From Candidatus Eiseniibacteriota bacterium (GTDB lineage: Bacteria > Eisenbacteria > RBG-16-71-46 > JASEGR01), in NCBI GenBank assembly GCA_030017955.1, contig JASEGR010000001.1, positions 13,761 through 77,760 on the forward strand: 64,000 nt of DNA. The letters run 5' to 3'. The position numbers and the translations under genes were made by a program. Under the pieces are notes generated by a model that was given only the letters and a program-made list of their open reading frames with translations, was not told where the DNA came from and searched no databases. Shown in pieces: positions 1 through 8,852 of this stretch (its first letter is position 1; every line of letters starts with the position of its first letter).

Positions 1-1669
1 ACCCGCCGCCGGAATTCCCGGTTCTGAACTCAAGACCATTGCGCGGCGGCCGTCCATTTTCCGCCTCCTCCCAGTTCGAAAGAATGAGCTCATGCGTCCA
101 CCGCAGATCTCCGAGGGTCTCATCAAGCGTGCCCTTCTCAAGCGAGAGCGAATTCGTTGGGCACTTATCGATGCAGTAGAAATCATTGCCCTTGCAGTTA
201 AAGCCGATGCATCTTGAGCTGAAGGGAGGCAGTGTCTGCTTGAAACCTCTGGGTCGTTTGTGGACGCCAAACGGGCAGAGGGATACGCAGTTGCCGCAGC
301 TTATGCATGAAGAACTTCTCAAGACTTTGTGGACCGGCACGTCATTTCGATAATACGCGGGGAATGGAGAACGCATAACTTCGGGCAGGGGGAAATTTCT
401 TGGGCCGAAGAACACTCGTCCGTCCGTGACGGGCCTAGAGCTTTCCCCAATAACGCCGAACGCCTCTTCCTCAAGCTCGCTGAAGAAGATCGCTCTCCCG
501 ACATCGCCCCTCAGGCGCCTGATCTCCCTCAACCCCATGGCTCCGAGGACTTCGAGCAATTGGTTTCGCCAGGCAGCGATAAGATTTACGATTCTCGAAG
601 ATCCCCAGTCACTCTCGACACTCTCAAGATTTGCCGGGCAGCTCCTTCCCTCCCGGCACTCACGGCATACGGAACATCCAAGACCTACAAGAAGGGCAAT
701 ATCAATTCCAACAACGTCAGCGCCGCAGATGATGCTCTTCGCCGCGTGTTCCGGTGCAGCCATCCCTCCGCTCACTATGAGGGTAACCTGATCCCTGATT
801 GCCTTCTCAACAAGGCCGAGGTGAACCTTCCGGAGCGGAACCGTGAGGTATTCGTTTTCATTGCCGTCGATCCTGGCATTGCAGTTGGCGTGCAGGTGAA
901 ATACTCGCGCCCCGGCCGAGAAGAAGTCGAGAACCGTGTTCAGAGTGTCCTTCGAGAAACGGACCTTGACCACTATGCGGCTGCCATTGAACTCCTTCAG
1001 CAGTTTCCGAAACTCGTCTGCTCCGACCTTGGAGTCAACCTCAATGAGCTTCGGCATGAACGGCCCTGACACGCATTTCTTTGCGGTCTCCCGCCAGCTC
1101 TCAAGTTCGTTGCCTCCGGTTCCGAAGTCCGGAACAAGGCATGGAAGGAAGCCGGCCATCTCATCTTCGATATGCCCGGTGTCTGTGAAGAAGACAGTCT
1201 CCAGTTTGGAGGCAGCCTCGACAAACGAGCAGAGAGTTCCTTTTCCCAGGACTCCGAACGGAGGCCTCAGAAAAACAAAAGGCACGGGGATCTCAAGCGG
1301 GACTTCGAGATCGCCAACCGCTGAATTCCCTGAGAACTCAAGGAAAGGGCTTGCGCCTCCGATATCCACAGACGTGCTGATATATTCTCTTCCATGAATT
1401 CCATCCCTGGTCGGCCGCACGATTTCAGACATGTCGGTCCACATGGAATCGAATCCTGGCCCGCTGAAGCTTCCTCTAAAGCCGGCGCCAAGAACCGGGA
1501 TCCTGCCGGTTTCCGCCTGGTACCAATTGGATGCGATTATCTCAGGGGTCCAATGCTCGTCACCGAGCAAGGAGTATGCCGGATTGAGTCTGGTGACAAG
1601 GACTTCCTTGGGGCATTCTTGAATACAGCGGAAGCAATTCTTGCAAAGATGGTTGGTAGGATCGCTCAT
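1..1669 (-). CDS. Glutamate synthase (GltB FMN-binding domain)-like Fe-S/FMN oxidoreductase; 3'-truncated at window start
   Basis: Hand translation of the minus strand from ATG 1669 gives an open frame with no stops in the stretches checked (1321-1669, 721-900). It begins MSDPTNHLCKNCFRCIQECP (ferredoxin-like cysteines) and contains ...LIVSGGMAAPEHAAKSIICG..., typical of the GltS FMN-binding TIM-barrel family. It is absent from the ORF track because it has no stop inside the window. Only part of the frame was checked by hand. Confidence 0.55.
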   Translation of the reverse strand, partial: MSDPTNHLCKNCFRCIQECPKEVLVTRLNPAYSLLGDEHWTPEIIASNWYQAETGRIPVLGAGFRGSFSGPGFDSMWTDMSEIVRPTRDGIHGREYISTSVDIGGASPFLEFSGNSAVGDLEVPLEIPVPFVFLRPPFGVLGKGTLCSFVEAASKLETVFFTDTGHIEDEMAGFLPCLVPDFGTGGNELESWRETAKKCVSGPFMPKLIEVDSKVGADEFRKLLKEFNGSRIVVKVRFSKDTLNTVLDFFSAGARVFHLHANCNARIDGNENEYLTVPLRKVHLGLVEKAIRDQVTLIVSGGMAAPEHAAKSIICGADVVGIDIALLVGLGCSVCRECREGRSCPANLESVESDWGSSRIVNLIAAWRNQLLEVLGAMGLREIRRLRGDVGRAIFFSELEEEAFGVIGESSRPVTDGRVFFGPRNFPLPEVMRSPFPAYYRNDVPVHKVLRSSSCISCGNCVSLCPFGVHKRPRGFKQTLPPFSSRCIGFNCKGNDFYCIDKCPTNSLSLEKGTLDETLGDLRWTHELILSNWEEAENGRPPRNGLEFRTGNSGGG

Positions 1670-1854
1670 TCTTCTCGGGTCTTCTTCCCTTCTTGAATGA
1701 GCCCCGTATATGCAGGCTGAGGCACAAATCCCGCACGCCGTACAGCCATCAAGTCTTTCAATGAGAAACTTTGCGAGAGGGGTAGTCCTCCCTGGAGCAG
1801 CCGTGGTTTCGATTGAATACTTGCTGCTCTGCCCTTTCATCCCGTTGTTGTCAC

Positions 1855-1905
1855 TTTTCACCTGTCACCACACACCTTTCACCTGACACCCAGCGCCTGA
1901 CACTT
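1855..1905. promoter_or_regulatory. Direct repeats TTTCACCTG(T/A)CACC (2.5 copies, 20-bp spacing) about 190-240 bp upstream of the GltB-like gene
   Basis: Seen directly: ttttcacctgtcacc (1855-1869), ctttcacctgacacc (1876-1890), gcctgacac (1895-1903). The location is intergenic between the FAD oxidase stop and the GltB-like start. Confidence 0.25.
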
Positions 1906-1937
1906 TCCACATCTTACCTCGCGCCGTCGCCTTTCAT

Positions 1938-3752
1938 TCATCCGAGGTTCGGCCTTTCCATTATCTTTGCCTCTTCAATTCTCTTTACAAAATCCTCAAT
2001 TTCAGCGAAAGGCCTCCCCCGTTCCTTTTCAATGGAAAGCTCAAGTTCATTCCATGCGTCCTCGAGCCGAAGTGCGCTCTGGCAAACATCCGTACAGGCT
2101 TTGCAGTGCATGCACTGAAAGAGCTCTTCCTCCATTGAGAAAGAAGAGACCATGAGTTTTCCCTTTGCGGAGACCATTTCGTCACCTGTGAGAAGATATG
2201 CAGGACAAACCGGAACACAGGAACCACATCTCGAACACAGGAGAGTTGAATATTTCAGGTCACTCCGTTCCGAGCGGGGGAATCTTCTGGCCAACTCCAG
2301 AGTTTCGCCGGGGCTTGAGGCAATACCCTTTGCATGAATGAAACCGCGGCCGATCATCGAGAACAGTCCGGCCGATGTCGTGGAGAAAAGCATTCTCCAG
2401 AAGGGTTCAAGCTTCTCAACAGTAAGAAACTTCCCAGGATTCATGATTGCGTGAGGATCAAACGAAAGCTTCAGTTTCCTGAGCCTCTCCAATTCTGCAT
2501 TCCCGATGGAGCTGGTGAGAAAAGGAGCATTCCAGAGTCCAATTCCATACGGCCTTGCCCCGAGTCTCAGCCCCAGGCCGGTGAGGTAGTAGGGAATTAC
2601 TGACGAAAGAAGAAAACCTGGAGATGAAGGTTGGCCTACCGGCAGGAATCCCATCACGTGAGCTTCATCGTTCGGGCCGAAATACGCGTCGAACCCCATT
2701 CTCACTCCTTCTAGCTTGTCTCTGAAAAGGGCGAGAAGCTCACACAGATTTCTTCTTTCGACAACCAGACTCACCGCGACTATTCCGGGGCCAAGCCGTT
2801 TAGCTTTCAACGGAGAGAACATCTCATGCCAGAGGAACTGAGCCTTGTAGCCTTCAAGCTCACTGATATTCGAAGACCCGCCGATGATTCGTCTTGTCTC
2901 ATCAAGGCCCTCACCGGTTCCCTGGACAAAGAGCACTGATGAATCTCCAAAAAGTCTATCGCCTGAGTAGAGATCAAGCTGCGCGAGCCTTATTCCATCA
3001 ATTAGTCTTGCATCTGTGACCGTACTGACATTCTTAAGAAGCTCATCAATGAGTCCCATGGCATCGGGAGGTTCCGCGAACGACGCTGCGACCATCCAGG
3101 GCTTCTCTCTTTTCATTGCTGAAACCGAAATCGTCTTTACGATTCCAAGCTGACCTTCAGAGCCAAAGAGCAGAGGGAAACTCTCGTCTCCTCTTTCCAC
3201 TTTCAATGTCTCTCCATTTGCAGTCAGAAATTCAACGAACCTCACCTGATTTGAGAAGTGCCCGTATTTGAGGCTTCCAACTCCCACACCGCCCGTGGAA
3301 AGCCAACCGCCTATTGTAGAAAACCAGCTTGTAGGGTGAGCCTTGAGCCCAAGTCCGAAATGAGCCAAAGCTGCGTCGGCTTCGAACCACTTTGCCCCTG
3401 CCTGCGCCGTGAAATACTGCTCTGCCTCGTTGACCTCTATGATGCCGGAAAGAAAAGACAGATCCACGACTGCGCCTCCGATTGGCGCGAGGCAGCCGCC
3501 AAGCCCCCAGGAGCCGGAACCTCGAGGCACCACTGGAATGCCTTCCTTTGATGCAAGTATCATGAATGTCTTGAGGGCGTTGGAAGTATGCGGTTGAAAG
3601 ACGAAATCAGGCCGGGTTCTGAGGAAGAATCTCACCAAGCCGGGGAGATCACTCTGGTCAAAGGAATAGATGTGGAGAAGAGAGTTCTTCGTGAAGATTT
3701 TGGCTTCGCTCCCGGCCTCTCTCCTGAGCATGTGAAGAAATTTGTTACTCAC
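1938..3752 (-). CDS. FAD-binding oxidase (GlcD / D-lactate dehydrogenase family) fused to a C-terminal 4Fe-4S dicluster domain
   Basis: 604 aa with a GTG start. It has the FAD_binding_4-like VVPRGSGSWGLGG, the GlcD-type C-terminal FDPHAIMNPGKF, and then CSRCGSCVPVCP ... CMHCKACTDVC (two CxxCxxC..CP motifs). Confidence 0.7.
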   Translation of the reverse strand: MSNKFLHMLRREAGSEAKIFTKNSLLHIYSFDQSDLPGLVRFFLRTRPDFVFQPHTSNALKTFMILASKEGIPVVPRGSGSWGLGGCLAPIGGAVVDLSFLSGIIEVNEAEQYFTAQAGAKWFEADAALAHFGLGLKAHPTSWFSTIGGWLSTGGVGVGSLKYGHFSNQVRFVEFLTANGETLKVERGDESFPLLFGSEGQLGIVKTISVSAMKREKPWMVAASFAEPPDAMGLIDELLKNVSTVTDARLIDGIRLAQLDLYSGDRLFGDSSVLFVQGTGEGLDETRRIIGGSSNISELEGYKAQFLWHEMFSPLKAKRLGPGIVAVSLVVERRNLCELLALFRDKLEGVRMGFDAYFGPNDEAHVMGFLPVGQPSSPGFLLSSVIPYYLTGLGLRLGARPYGIGLWNAPFLTSSIGNAELERLRKLKLSFDPHAIMNPGKFLTVEKLEPFWRMLFSTTSAGLFSMIGRGFIHAKGIASSPGETLELARRFPRSERSDLKYSTLLCSRCGSCVPVCPAYLLTGDEMVSAKGKLMVSSFSMEEELFQCMHCKACTDVCQSALRLEDAWNELELSIEKERGRPFAEIEDFVKRIEEAKIMERPNLG

Positions 3753-3960
3753 CTGACCTCTTTCTCTCGTTTGCCTTCATCTTTGATCAGGCGCAGCCTA
3801 AAGAGAATTGAATTCCCGCCCAGAAATCGGACAGGCCGCCCTCTTGCGGCCTGATCGCCATCGAGCCATCCTAAGCTTCTCCTTCGCGTCCCGCCTCCTT
3901 TGGCCTGTCTATGTCCTTCTTTCCAGCCACTCCAGAGCGGGCACCCTCCCGGCCTGCGGT

Positions 3961-5703
3961 TCATTCACTCTGGATTCTCTCCCTGAATCTATTGGTTATG
4001 GGAAGCCTTCTATCCTTACCGAACGCACGGGGACTTATCTTGATTCCAAGGGGGCCCTGCCTTCTCTTATACTCGCTTCGGTCAACCATGTCTATGACGG
4101 CCTTGACTGTCGCCTCGTCGTACCCCATTGAAGTTATTTCGGCAAGACTCATGTCCTTCTCTATGTAAAACTCAAGAATCGGGTCAAGAACTGGATACGG
4201 AGGCAGCGTGTCTTCGTCCTTCTGGTTTGGCTTAAGTTCGGCTGAAGGCACCTTGGTAAGCACTCGTTCCGGGATGGGTGAACCGTTCTTGTTGCGCATG
4301 CCGGCAAGAGAGTATACAAGCTCCTTGGGCACATCTTTTATCACTGCGAATCCGCCGACCATGTCTCCATAGAGTGTGCAATAACCCGTTGACAGCTCGC
4401 TCTTATTGCCGGTTGAAAACACCAGGTGACCGAATTTGTTTGATATTGCCATGAGGAGTGTCCCTCTTATCCGGGCCTGAAGGTTCTCCTCGGTGATATT
4501 CTCCTCATGGCCTCTGAAAACCGGATCCAGGCTCTGCTTGCACTTTTCAAGGATGTCCGTTATGGGTATTGTGATGAGCTCGATGCCTAACCTGCTGCAA
4601 AGCTCGTGTGTATCTTCAGCACTTTCGCTCGAAGTGAACTGGGAAGGAAGGAAAACTCCGAGAACATTTGCTTTGCCGAGCGCATCCACCGAGATCACTG
4701 CAGTGAGCGAGGAATCAATTCCGCCGCTCAACCCCAGCACGACTTTCCTGAAACCGTTCTTACGGACATAGTCCCTTGTTCCAAGCACAAGCCCTTTGTA
4801 GATCTCCTCGACGAGCGGCAGACTTTCGTGGATTTGCGGCGGGGTTGCAGGTTTTGGGAACTGAATCTCCTGGTCGAGCTTCACAAATGCAAGCTTCTCC
4901 TCACCGGAAGAGACTCCTGGTTTCTTTTCCCTTACTCTGGGATCATGAAGCCTGGCCCTGAAGATGTCGTCCACATCGATATCGGAAATGAGAAGCTCTT
5001 CTTCGAAGGTGAGAGCCCTGGCCTTGATATTTCCTTTTTGATCGATGATCAAACTTCTCCCGTCAAAAAGGAGCTCATCCTGTCCGCCGACAAGATTTAC
5101 ATATCCAACGCATGCCGCATTGTCCATGGCTCTTGTGACAAGCATTCTCTCTCGCATCTCACCCTTACCTGCATGATACGGGGAGGATGAAATGTTGATC
5201 ACGATTTCGGCACCTCCGGAAACGACCTCTGTCTTTGCGGGGCCATCTGGGTGCCAGATGTCTTCACAAATGTTCACTCCGACGTTTATTCCGTCTATCG
5301 AGAAAACCAGACACTCTGTGCCGGGTTCGAAATACCGCTTCTCATCAAAAACGCCGTAGTTTGGGAGATACATCTTTCTGTAGATCGCCTTCACGTCTCC
5401 ATCATGAATGACTGCAAGCGCATTGTGTATGCCAACCTGCTTATCCACAAACCCGACTATTGAGACGATGCCTTTCGTCTTCGATGCGACTACATCAAGA
5501 TACTTGAGATTCTCCTTCACAAAAGCAGGCTTGAGGAGAAGGTCTTCGGGAGGATAACCGGTAATTACGAGCTCCGGGAAGGCGACAACATCTGCCCCGG
5601 CTTTCCTTGCCATCTGCGTCCACTCGACAATCTTCTCAGAGTTTCCGGCCAGATCGCCAACCGTAACATTTATCTGGGCAAGAGCTAGTCTTAACCGTCT
5701 CAC
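3961..5703 (-). CDS. nadE: Glutamine-dependent NAD+ synthetase (N-terminal nitrilase/CN-hydrolase domain plus NAD synthase domain)
   Basis: 580 aa. N-terminus RLALAQINVTVGDLAGN (CN hydrolase); C-terminal half carries the PP-loop LGLSGGIDSS. Confidence 0.85.
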   Translation of the reverse strand: MRRLRLALAQINVTVGDLAGNSEKIVEWTQMARKAGADVVAFPELVITGYPPEDLLLKPAFVKENLKYLDVVASKTKGIVSIVGFVDKQVGIHNALAVIHDGDVKAIYRKMYLPNYGVFDEKRYFEPGTECLVFSIDGINVGVNICEDIWHPDGPAKTEVVSGGAEIVINISSSPYHAGKGEMRERMLVTRAMDNAACVGYVNLVGGQDELLFDGRSLIIDQKGNIKARALTFEEELLISDIDVDDIFRARLHDPRVREKKPGVSSGEEKLAFVKLDQEIQFPKPATPPQIHESLPLVEEIYKGLVLGTRDYVRKNGFRKVVLGLSGGIDSSLTAVISVDALGKANVLGVFLPSQFTSSESAEDTHELCSRLGIELITIPITDILEKCKQSLDPVFRGHEENITEENLQARIRGTLLMAISNKFGHLVFSTGNKSELSTGYCTLYGDMVGGFAVIKDVPKELVYSLAGMRNKNGSPIPERVLTKVPSAELKPNQKDEDTLPPYPVLDPILEFYIEKDMSLAEITSMGYDEATVKAVIDMVDRSEYKRRQGPLGIKISPRAFGKDRRLPITNRFRERIQSE

Positions 5704-5786
5704 ACCGATACCAGTCCTTTCAGCGGCCCCAACACATCACCCATCACCGACGAAAAATGCGCGTTTCCGCTCCTGTCGATTCCCTG

Positions 5787-6473
5787 TCACATCCTCCTTG
5801 TCTCTTCAACGTAGGGGATGGGGTCCCGGGCTCCCGCTTCCTTGAACGCCCTCAACCTGAGCGCGCAGCTTTCGCAGTTTCCACATGCCACATCGTTTCT
5901 CGAATAGCAGGACCAGGAGAGCTCAAATGGTGCGTCCAACTCCATGCCTTTTCTCACAATTTCACTCTTCTTCATTCCTATGAGCGGAGCGACAACCGTC
6001 ATACTCGTCCCCGGCTTCGTGCCACACTCTATCACTTTGTTGAATGAATCAACAAACTCTTTTCTGCAGTCCGGGTACCCTGAACTATCCGCCTCAACAG
6101 CTCCAAAGAATATTTTCTCCGCTTCTATCACTTCACCCCAGGAAACTGCAATTGAAAGAATGTTCGCGTTCCTGAAGGGAACGTATGAAGAGGGAATTCC
6201 AGTTCTGCTGAGGTCTGCACCGGGAATGGGAATTCTCTCGTCCGTCAGGCTCGAGCCTCCAATTTTCTTCAGATATTCAACATTCACGACGAGCTCATGC
6301 CTTGCTCTGTAGAATTTCGCCTGCTCTCTGAATGCTTTGAGCTCCCTCACTTCAGTCCTCTGCCCATAGTTGAGATGGAGAAATGCGAGCTCATGGGTCT
6401 GAGAAGCAATTGCCGCGCAGACCAGACTGTCCATACCTCCGCTTGCGAGGACTATTGCAATTTCGCTTTTCAA
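5787..6473 (-). CDS. queC: 7-cyano-7-deazaguanine synthase QueC
   Basis: 228 aa. PP-loop VLASGGMDS and C-terminal zinc motif [10 protein letters not shown]. Confidence 0.85.
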   Translation of the reverse strand: MKSEIAIVLASGGMDSLVCAAIASQTHELAFLHLNYGQRTEVRELKAFREQAKFYRARHELVVNVEYLKKIGGSSLTDERIPIPGADLSRTGIPSSYVPFRNANILSIAVSWGEVIEAEKIFFGAVEADSSGYPDCRKEFVDSFNKVIECGTKPGTSMTVVAPLIGMKKSEIVRKGMELDAPFELSWSCYSRNDVACGNCESCALRLRAFKEAGARDPIPYVEETRRM

Positions 6474-6495
6474 GAGAACTGTCTCCTCTCGACCT

Positions 6496-7134
6496 TCATT
6501 TTCGAGTTCCGCGGCCCCAAATATACTTATGCAGCTGGAGATTGAGCCTTACATCGAGGCCGTCCTCTAAGATCCAGTCTGCCAGCTTGCAAGGGTGGAG
6601 ACGTCCAAACGCACATGAAAACAGAACGTTACTCTTTTCTGTAAGCTTGTGTCTTCTTGTAACCTTCTTTGCCCACTCATAGTCAGCCCTGTCTTGGACT
6701 ACGAACTTAACCTCATCCTTATTTCCAATAAGCTTGAGATTTCTCCAGTTGACCCGCGCCGACTCTCCACTCCCGGGGCATTTTATGTCCACTATCTTCA
6801 CTGCCTTCTTGCTGAGTTTGGAAATGTCAACGGTCCCATTTGTCTCGACCAGAACTGTGAATTTCTTTTTCGTCAGAGCGCGGACGAGGTTCGGCGTTTC
6901 CTCTTGAAGAAGAGGCTCACCGCCCGTGATTTCAACAAGCTTAACGCCGCTTCTTCCGGCCTCGCGAAGGACTTCGTTGATAGTCATTTCCTGTCCACCC
7001 TCATAGGCATATCTCGAATCGCAGTAGGTGCACCGGAGATTGCATCCTGAAAGTCTTACGAATACGCATGGAAGCCCTTGAAAACTTGACTCGCCCTGAA
7101 TGCTCGTGAAGATTTCTTTGACCAGCAGGCTCAC
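6496..7134 (-). CDS. queE: 7-carboxy-7-deazaguanine synthase QueE (radical SAM)
   Basis: 212 aa. Radical SAM cluster motif [10 protein letters not shown] preceded by [20 protein letters not shown]. Confidence 0.85.
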   Translation of the reverse strand: MSLLVKEIFTSIQGESSFQGLPCVFVRLSGCNLRCTYCDSRYAYEGGQEMTINEVLREAGRSGVKLVEITGGEPLLQEETPNLVRALTKKKFTVLVETNGTVDISKLSKKAVKIVDIKCPGSGESARVNWRNLKLIGNKDEVKFVVQDRADYEWAKKVTRRHKLTEKSNVLFSCAFGRLHPCKLADWILEDGLDVRLNLQLHKYIWGRGTRK

Positions 7135-7148
7135 TTCTCTTCCTTAGA

Positions 7149-7440
7149 CAAGGTAGCTCCCCTCTCCCCTCAAGAGAAAGCGAGGGACGAACACCAGGCA
7201 AGGTAGTCTCCCTCTCCCCCTCAAAGAAAGTGACGGACGAACACCAGACAAGGTAGCTCCCCTCTCCCCTCAAGAGAGAGCGAGGGATGAATACCAGACA
7301 AAGTAGTCTCCCTCTCTCCCCTAAAAGAAAGCGAGGGGCGAACACCAGACAAGGTAGCCTCCCTCTCCCCCTAAAAGAAAGCGAGGGGCGAATACCAGAC
7401 AAGGTAGTCTCCCTCTCCCCTTCGGGGAGAGGGTAGGGTG
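7149..7440. repeat. Tandem array of about six degenerate copies of a 50-51 bp unit (CAAGGTAGCTCCCCTCTCCCCTCAAGAGAAAGCGAGGGACGAACACCAGG)
   Basis: Unit starts at 7149, 7199, 7249, 7299, 7350 and 7400. Each unit contains a short inverted repeat (TCCCTC ... GAGGGA). The last unit runs into the palindromes at 7410-7466. The location is intergenic between queD and queE. Confidence 0.85.
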
Positions 7441-7466
7441 AGGGGGTCGGCCACGACCCCCTCATA
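7410..7466. repeat. Two adjacent GC-rich palindromes: CCCTCTCCCC-ttcg-GGGGAGAGGG-TAGGGTGAGGGG, then GGGGGTCG-gccA-CGACCCCC
   Basis: Perfect stems read directly from the sequence. The same elements recur at 12199-12218, 13519-13598 and 48781-48880. Confidence 0.8.
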
Positions 7467-7529
7467 CCCCCTGGCAGTGTGCCTTATGAAACATCCTGCA
7501 TTTCGTAAAGCTATTTCTGGGACGGCACA

Positions 7530-7895
7530 CTAGGGGGAATATGTGACCGATTGCCCCTCGGATTCCCACACTGTGACTGACGTGAGTTTTGCCTTTCCAG
7601 AGAGCTTCTGTCGGTATTTCCGGAAAATGTGCGAGGCAATATGTTCGGAAGTCGGGTTTGTCTTGGAGAATTCTTCAAGCTCATTCAGGTATTTGTGGTC
7701 GAGCTGGTCTGTTACCTCTTTGAGAAGAGACTTCAGAGTCTCAAAATCAATGCTCATCCCGATTTGATTCAGCTCGTCCACCCGCACTGCAGCGGAAACT
7801 TTCCAGTTGTGTCCATGAAGCGCAGAACATTTTCCCTGGTATCCGACGAGGCGGTGTGCGCCCGAGAATCTTGAGTCAACTGAAATTGTGAACAC
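7530..7895 (-). CDS. queD: 6-carboxy-5,6,7,8-tetrahydropterin synthase QueD
   Basis: 121 aa. PTPS-family CxxxHGH motif (CSALHGHNW). It is clustered with queE and queC. Confidence 0.8.
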   Translation of the reverse strand: MFTISVDSRFSGAHRLVGYQGKCSALHGHNWKVSAAVRVDELNQIGMSIDFETLKSLLKEVTDQLDHKYLNELEEFSKTNPTSEHIASHIFRKYRQKLSGKAKLTSVTVWESEGQSVTYSP

Positions 7896-8077
7896 AGAAC
7901 CTCCCTCATGAGAGTTCTTTTCCGGTTAGATTATCAGGAGCTACTGGCGGTGTCAAACGAGCCTGATCGTGATTCATACTGGGTATCTCTTACAAACATC
8001 TCAATTCATCTTGACGGACGCTTTTTGCGTCTGCTAGCCTCCATCCGGCCTTTTTTGCCAAGAAAGGGGGTGAGTAT

Positions 8078-8668
8078 ATGAATAGGTCAAGAATTGGTCT
8101 CGTATGCTCGGGGCTTCTCCTTGCAGTCATTCTCCTGGCGATGCTTGTCTCCACCTCTTTTGCCGGAGATATACCGGAAAAACCTGCAGCCAAGAGTTTC
8201 CCTGTCAAGACAAAGACTGCAGAGCCCAAGATTGTGGCTTGCCTCGCCTACAAGGGTTCCTATGATGCCCACGAGCGGGTAATTGGCAAGCTGACAGACT
8301 GGGTCAAGCAGAATGGGCTGCTCGTCGCCGGTCCTGTCTGTGGCGTTTACTACAACAACCCCATGGACAGTAAGCCAGAGGAGCTGAAGTGGGAGATACA
8401 GATTCCTGTTGTCGAGGGGGTCACTGCTTCTGCGAAGGAAGGCGAGCCAACCACCAAGGAACGCGGCGCGGCTCTGGTAGCTTACACTTTTTACAAGGGA
8501 CCTTACGAGCAGGTAGGCATGGCTTACGGGGCGCTTTTCGAGTGGGTTGGAAAGAACGGATATGTTCCTGCCGGACCATGCACAGAAATATTCTGGTCGG
8601 ATCCCAGTACGCCCAAGGAGTCATGTGTAACGGAAATCCAGGTTCCGATCAATCCCGTCAAGAAGTAA
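8078..8668 (+). CDS. Secreted protein with tandem GyrI-like (AraC effector-binding-like) small-molecule-binding domains
   Basis: 196 aa. N-terminal signal peptide (LVCSGLLLAVILLAMLVSTSFAG). Two repeated halves share KGSYDAHERV..L..WV.QNGL and KGPYEQVGMAYGALFEWVGKNGY. This is the only plus-strand gene in the window. Confidence 0.5.
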   Translation: MNRSRIGLVCSGLLLAVILLAMLVSTSFAGDIPEKPAAKSFPVKTKTAEPKIVACLAYKGSYDAHERVIGKLTDWVKQNGLLVAGPVCGVYYNNPMDSKPEELKWEIQIPVVEGVTASAKEGEPTTKERGAALVAYTFYKGPYEQVGMAYGALFEWVGKNGYVPAGPCTEIFWSDPSTPKESCVTEIQVPINPVKK

Positions 8669-8852
8669 CGCTTCTGGCTATCAGGCTCCCCGCCTCCGGG
8701 TGTCGTCATTCTGGGAATGAGTTTCTTGGGAGAAGGCATCAGGATCCGGGGAGTCCCTCCCGCTATTCTGGAAGAGGCTCAGGGTCAGAGGCATTGTGCC
8801 GACAAGTTAAGAGGAATCTCTCATCAAGCGGTTCAACGAAGTGGAGACACAA

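Noticed and set aside
329-1069. 246-aa plus-strand ORF, with neighbours 936..1397 and 1394..1696
   Set aside because: These are shadow ORFs on the opposite strand of the long GltB-like minus-strand gene. The minus frame has clear family motifs, while the plus ORFs have none.
7149-7440. Possible CRISPR array
   Set aside because: Whole 50-bp units repeat back to back with no unique spacers between conserved repeats, and no cas genes are nearby. It is a tandem repeat, not a CRISPR array.
7001-7465. 154-aa minus-strand ORF spanning the tandem repeats
   Set aside because: It reads through the 50-bp repeat array and overlaps the queE N-terminus out of frame. Its repetitive peptide (GERETTL...PCLVF...) is an artefact of the DNA repeats.
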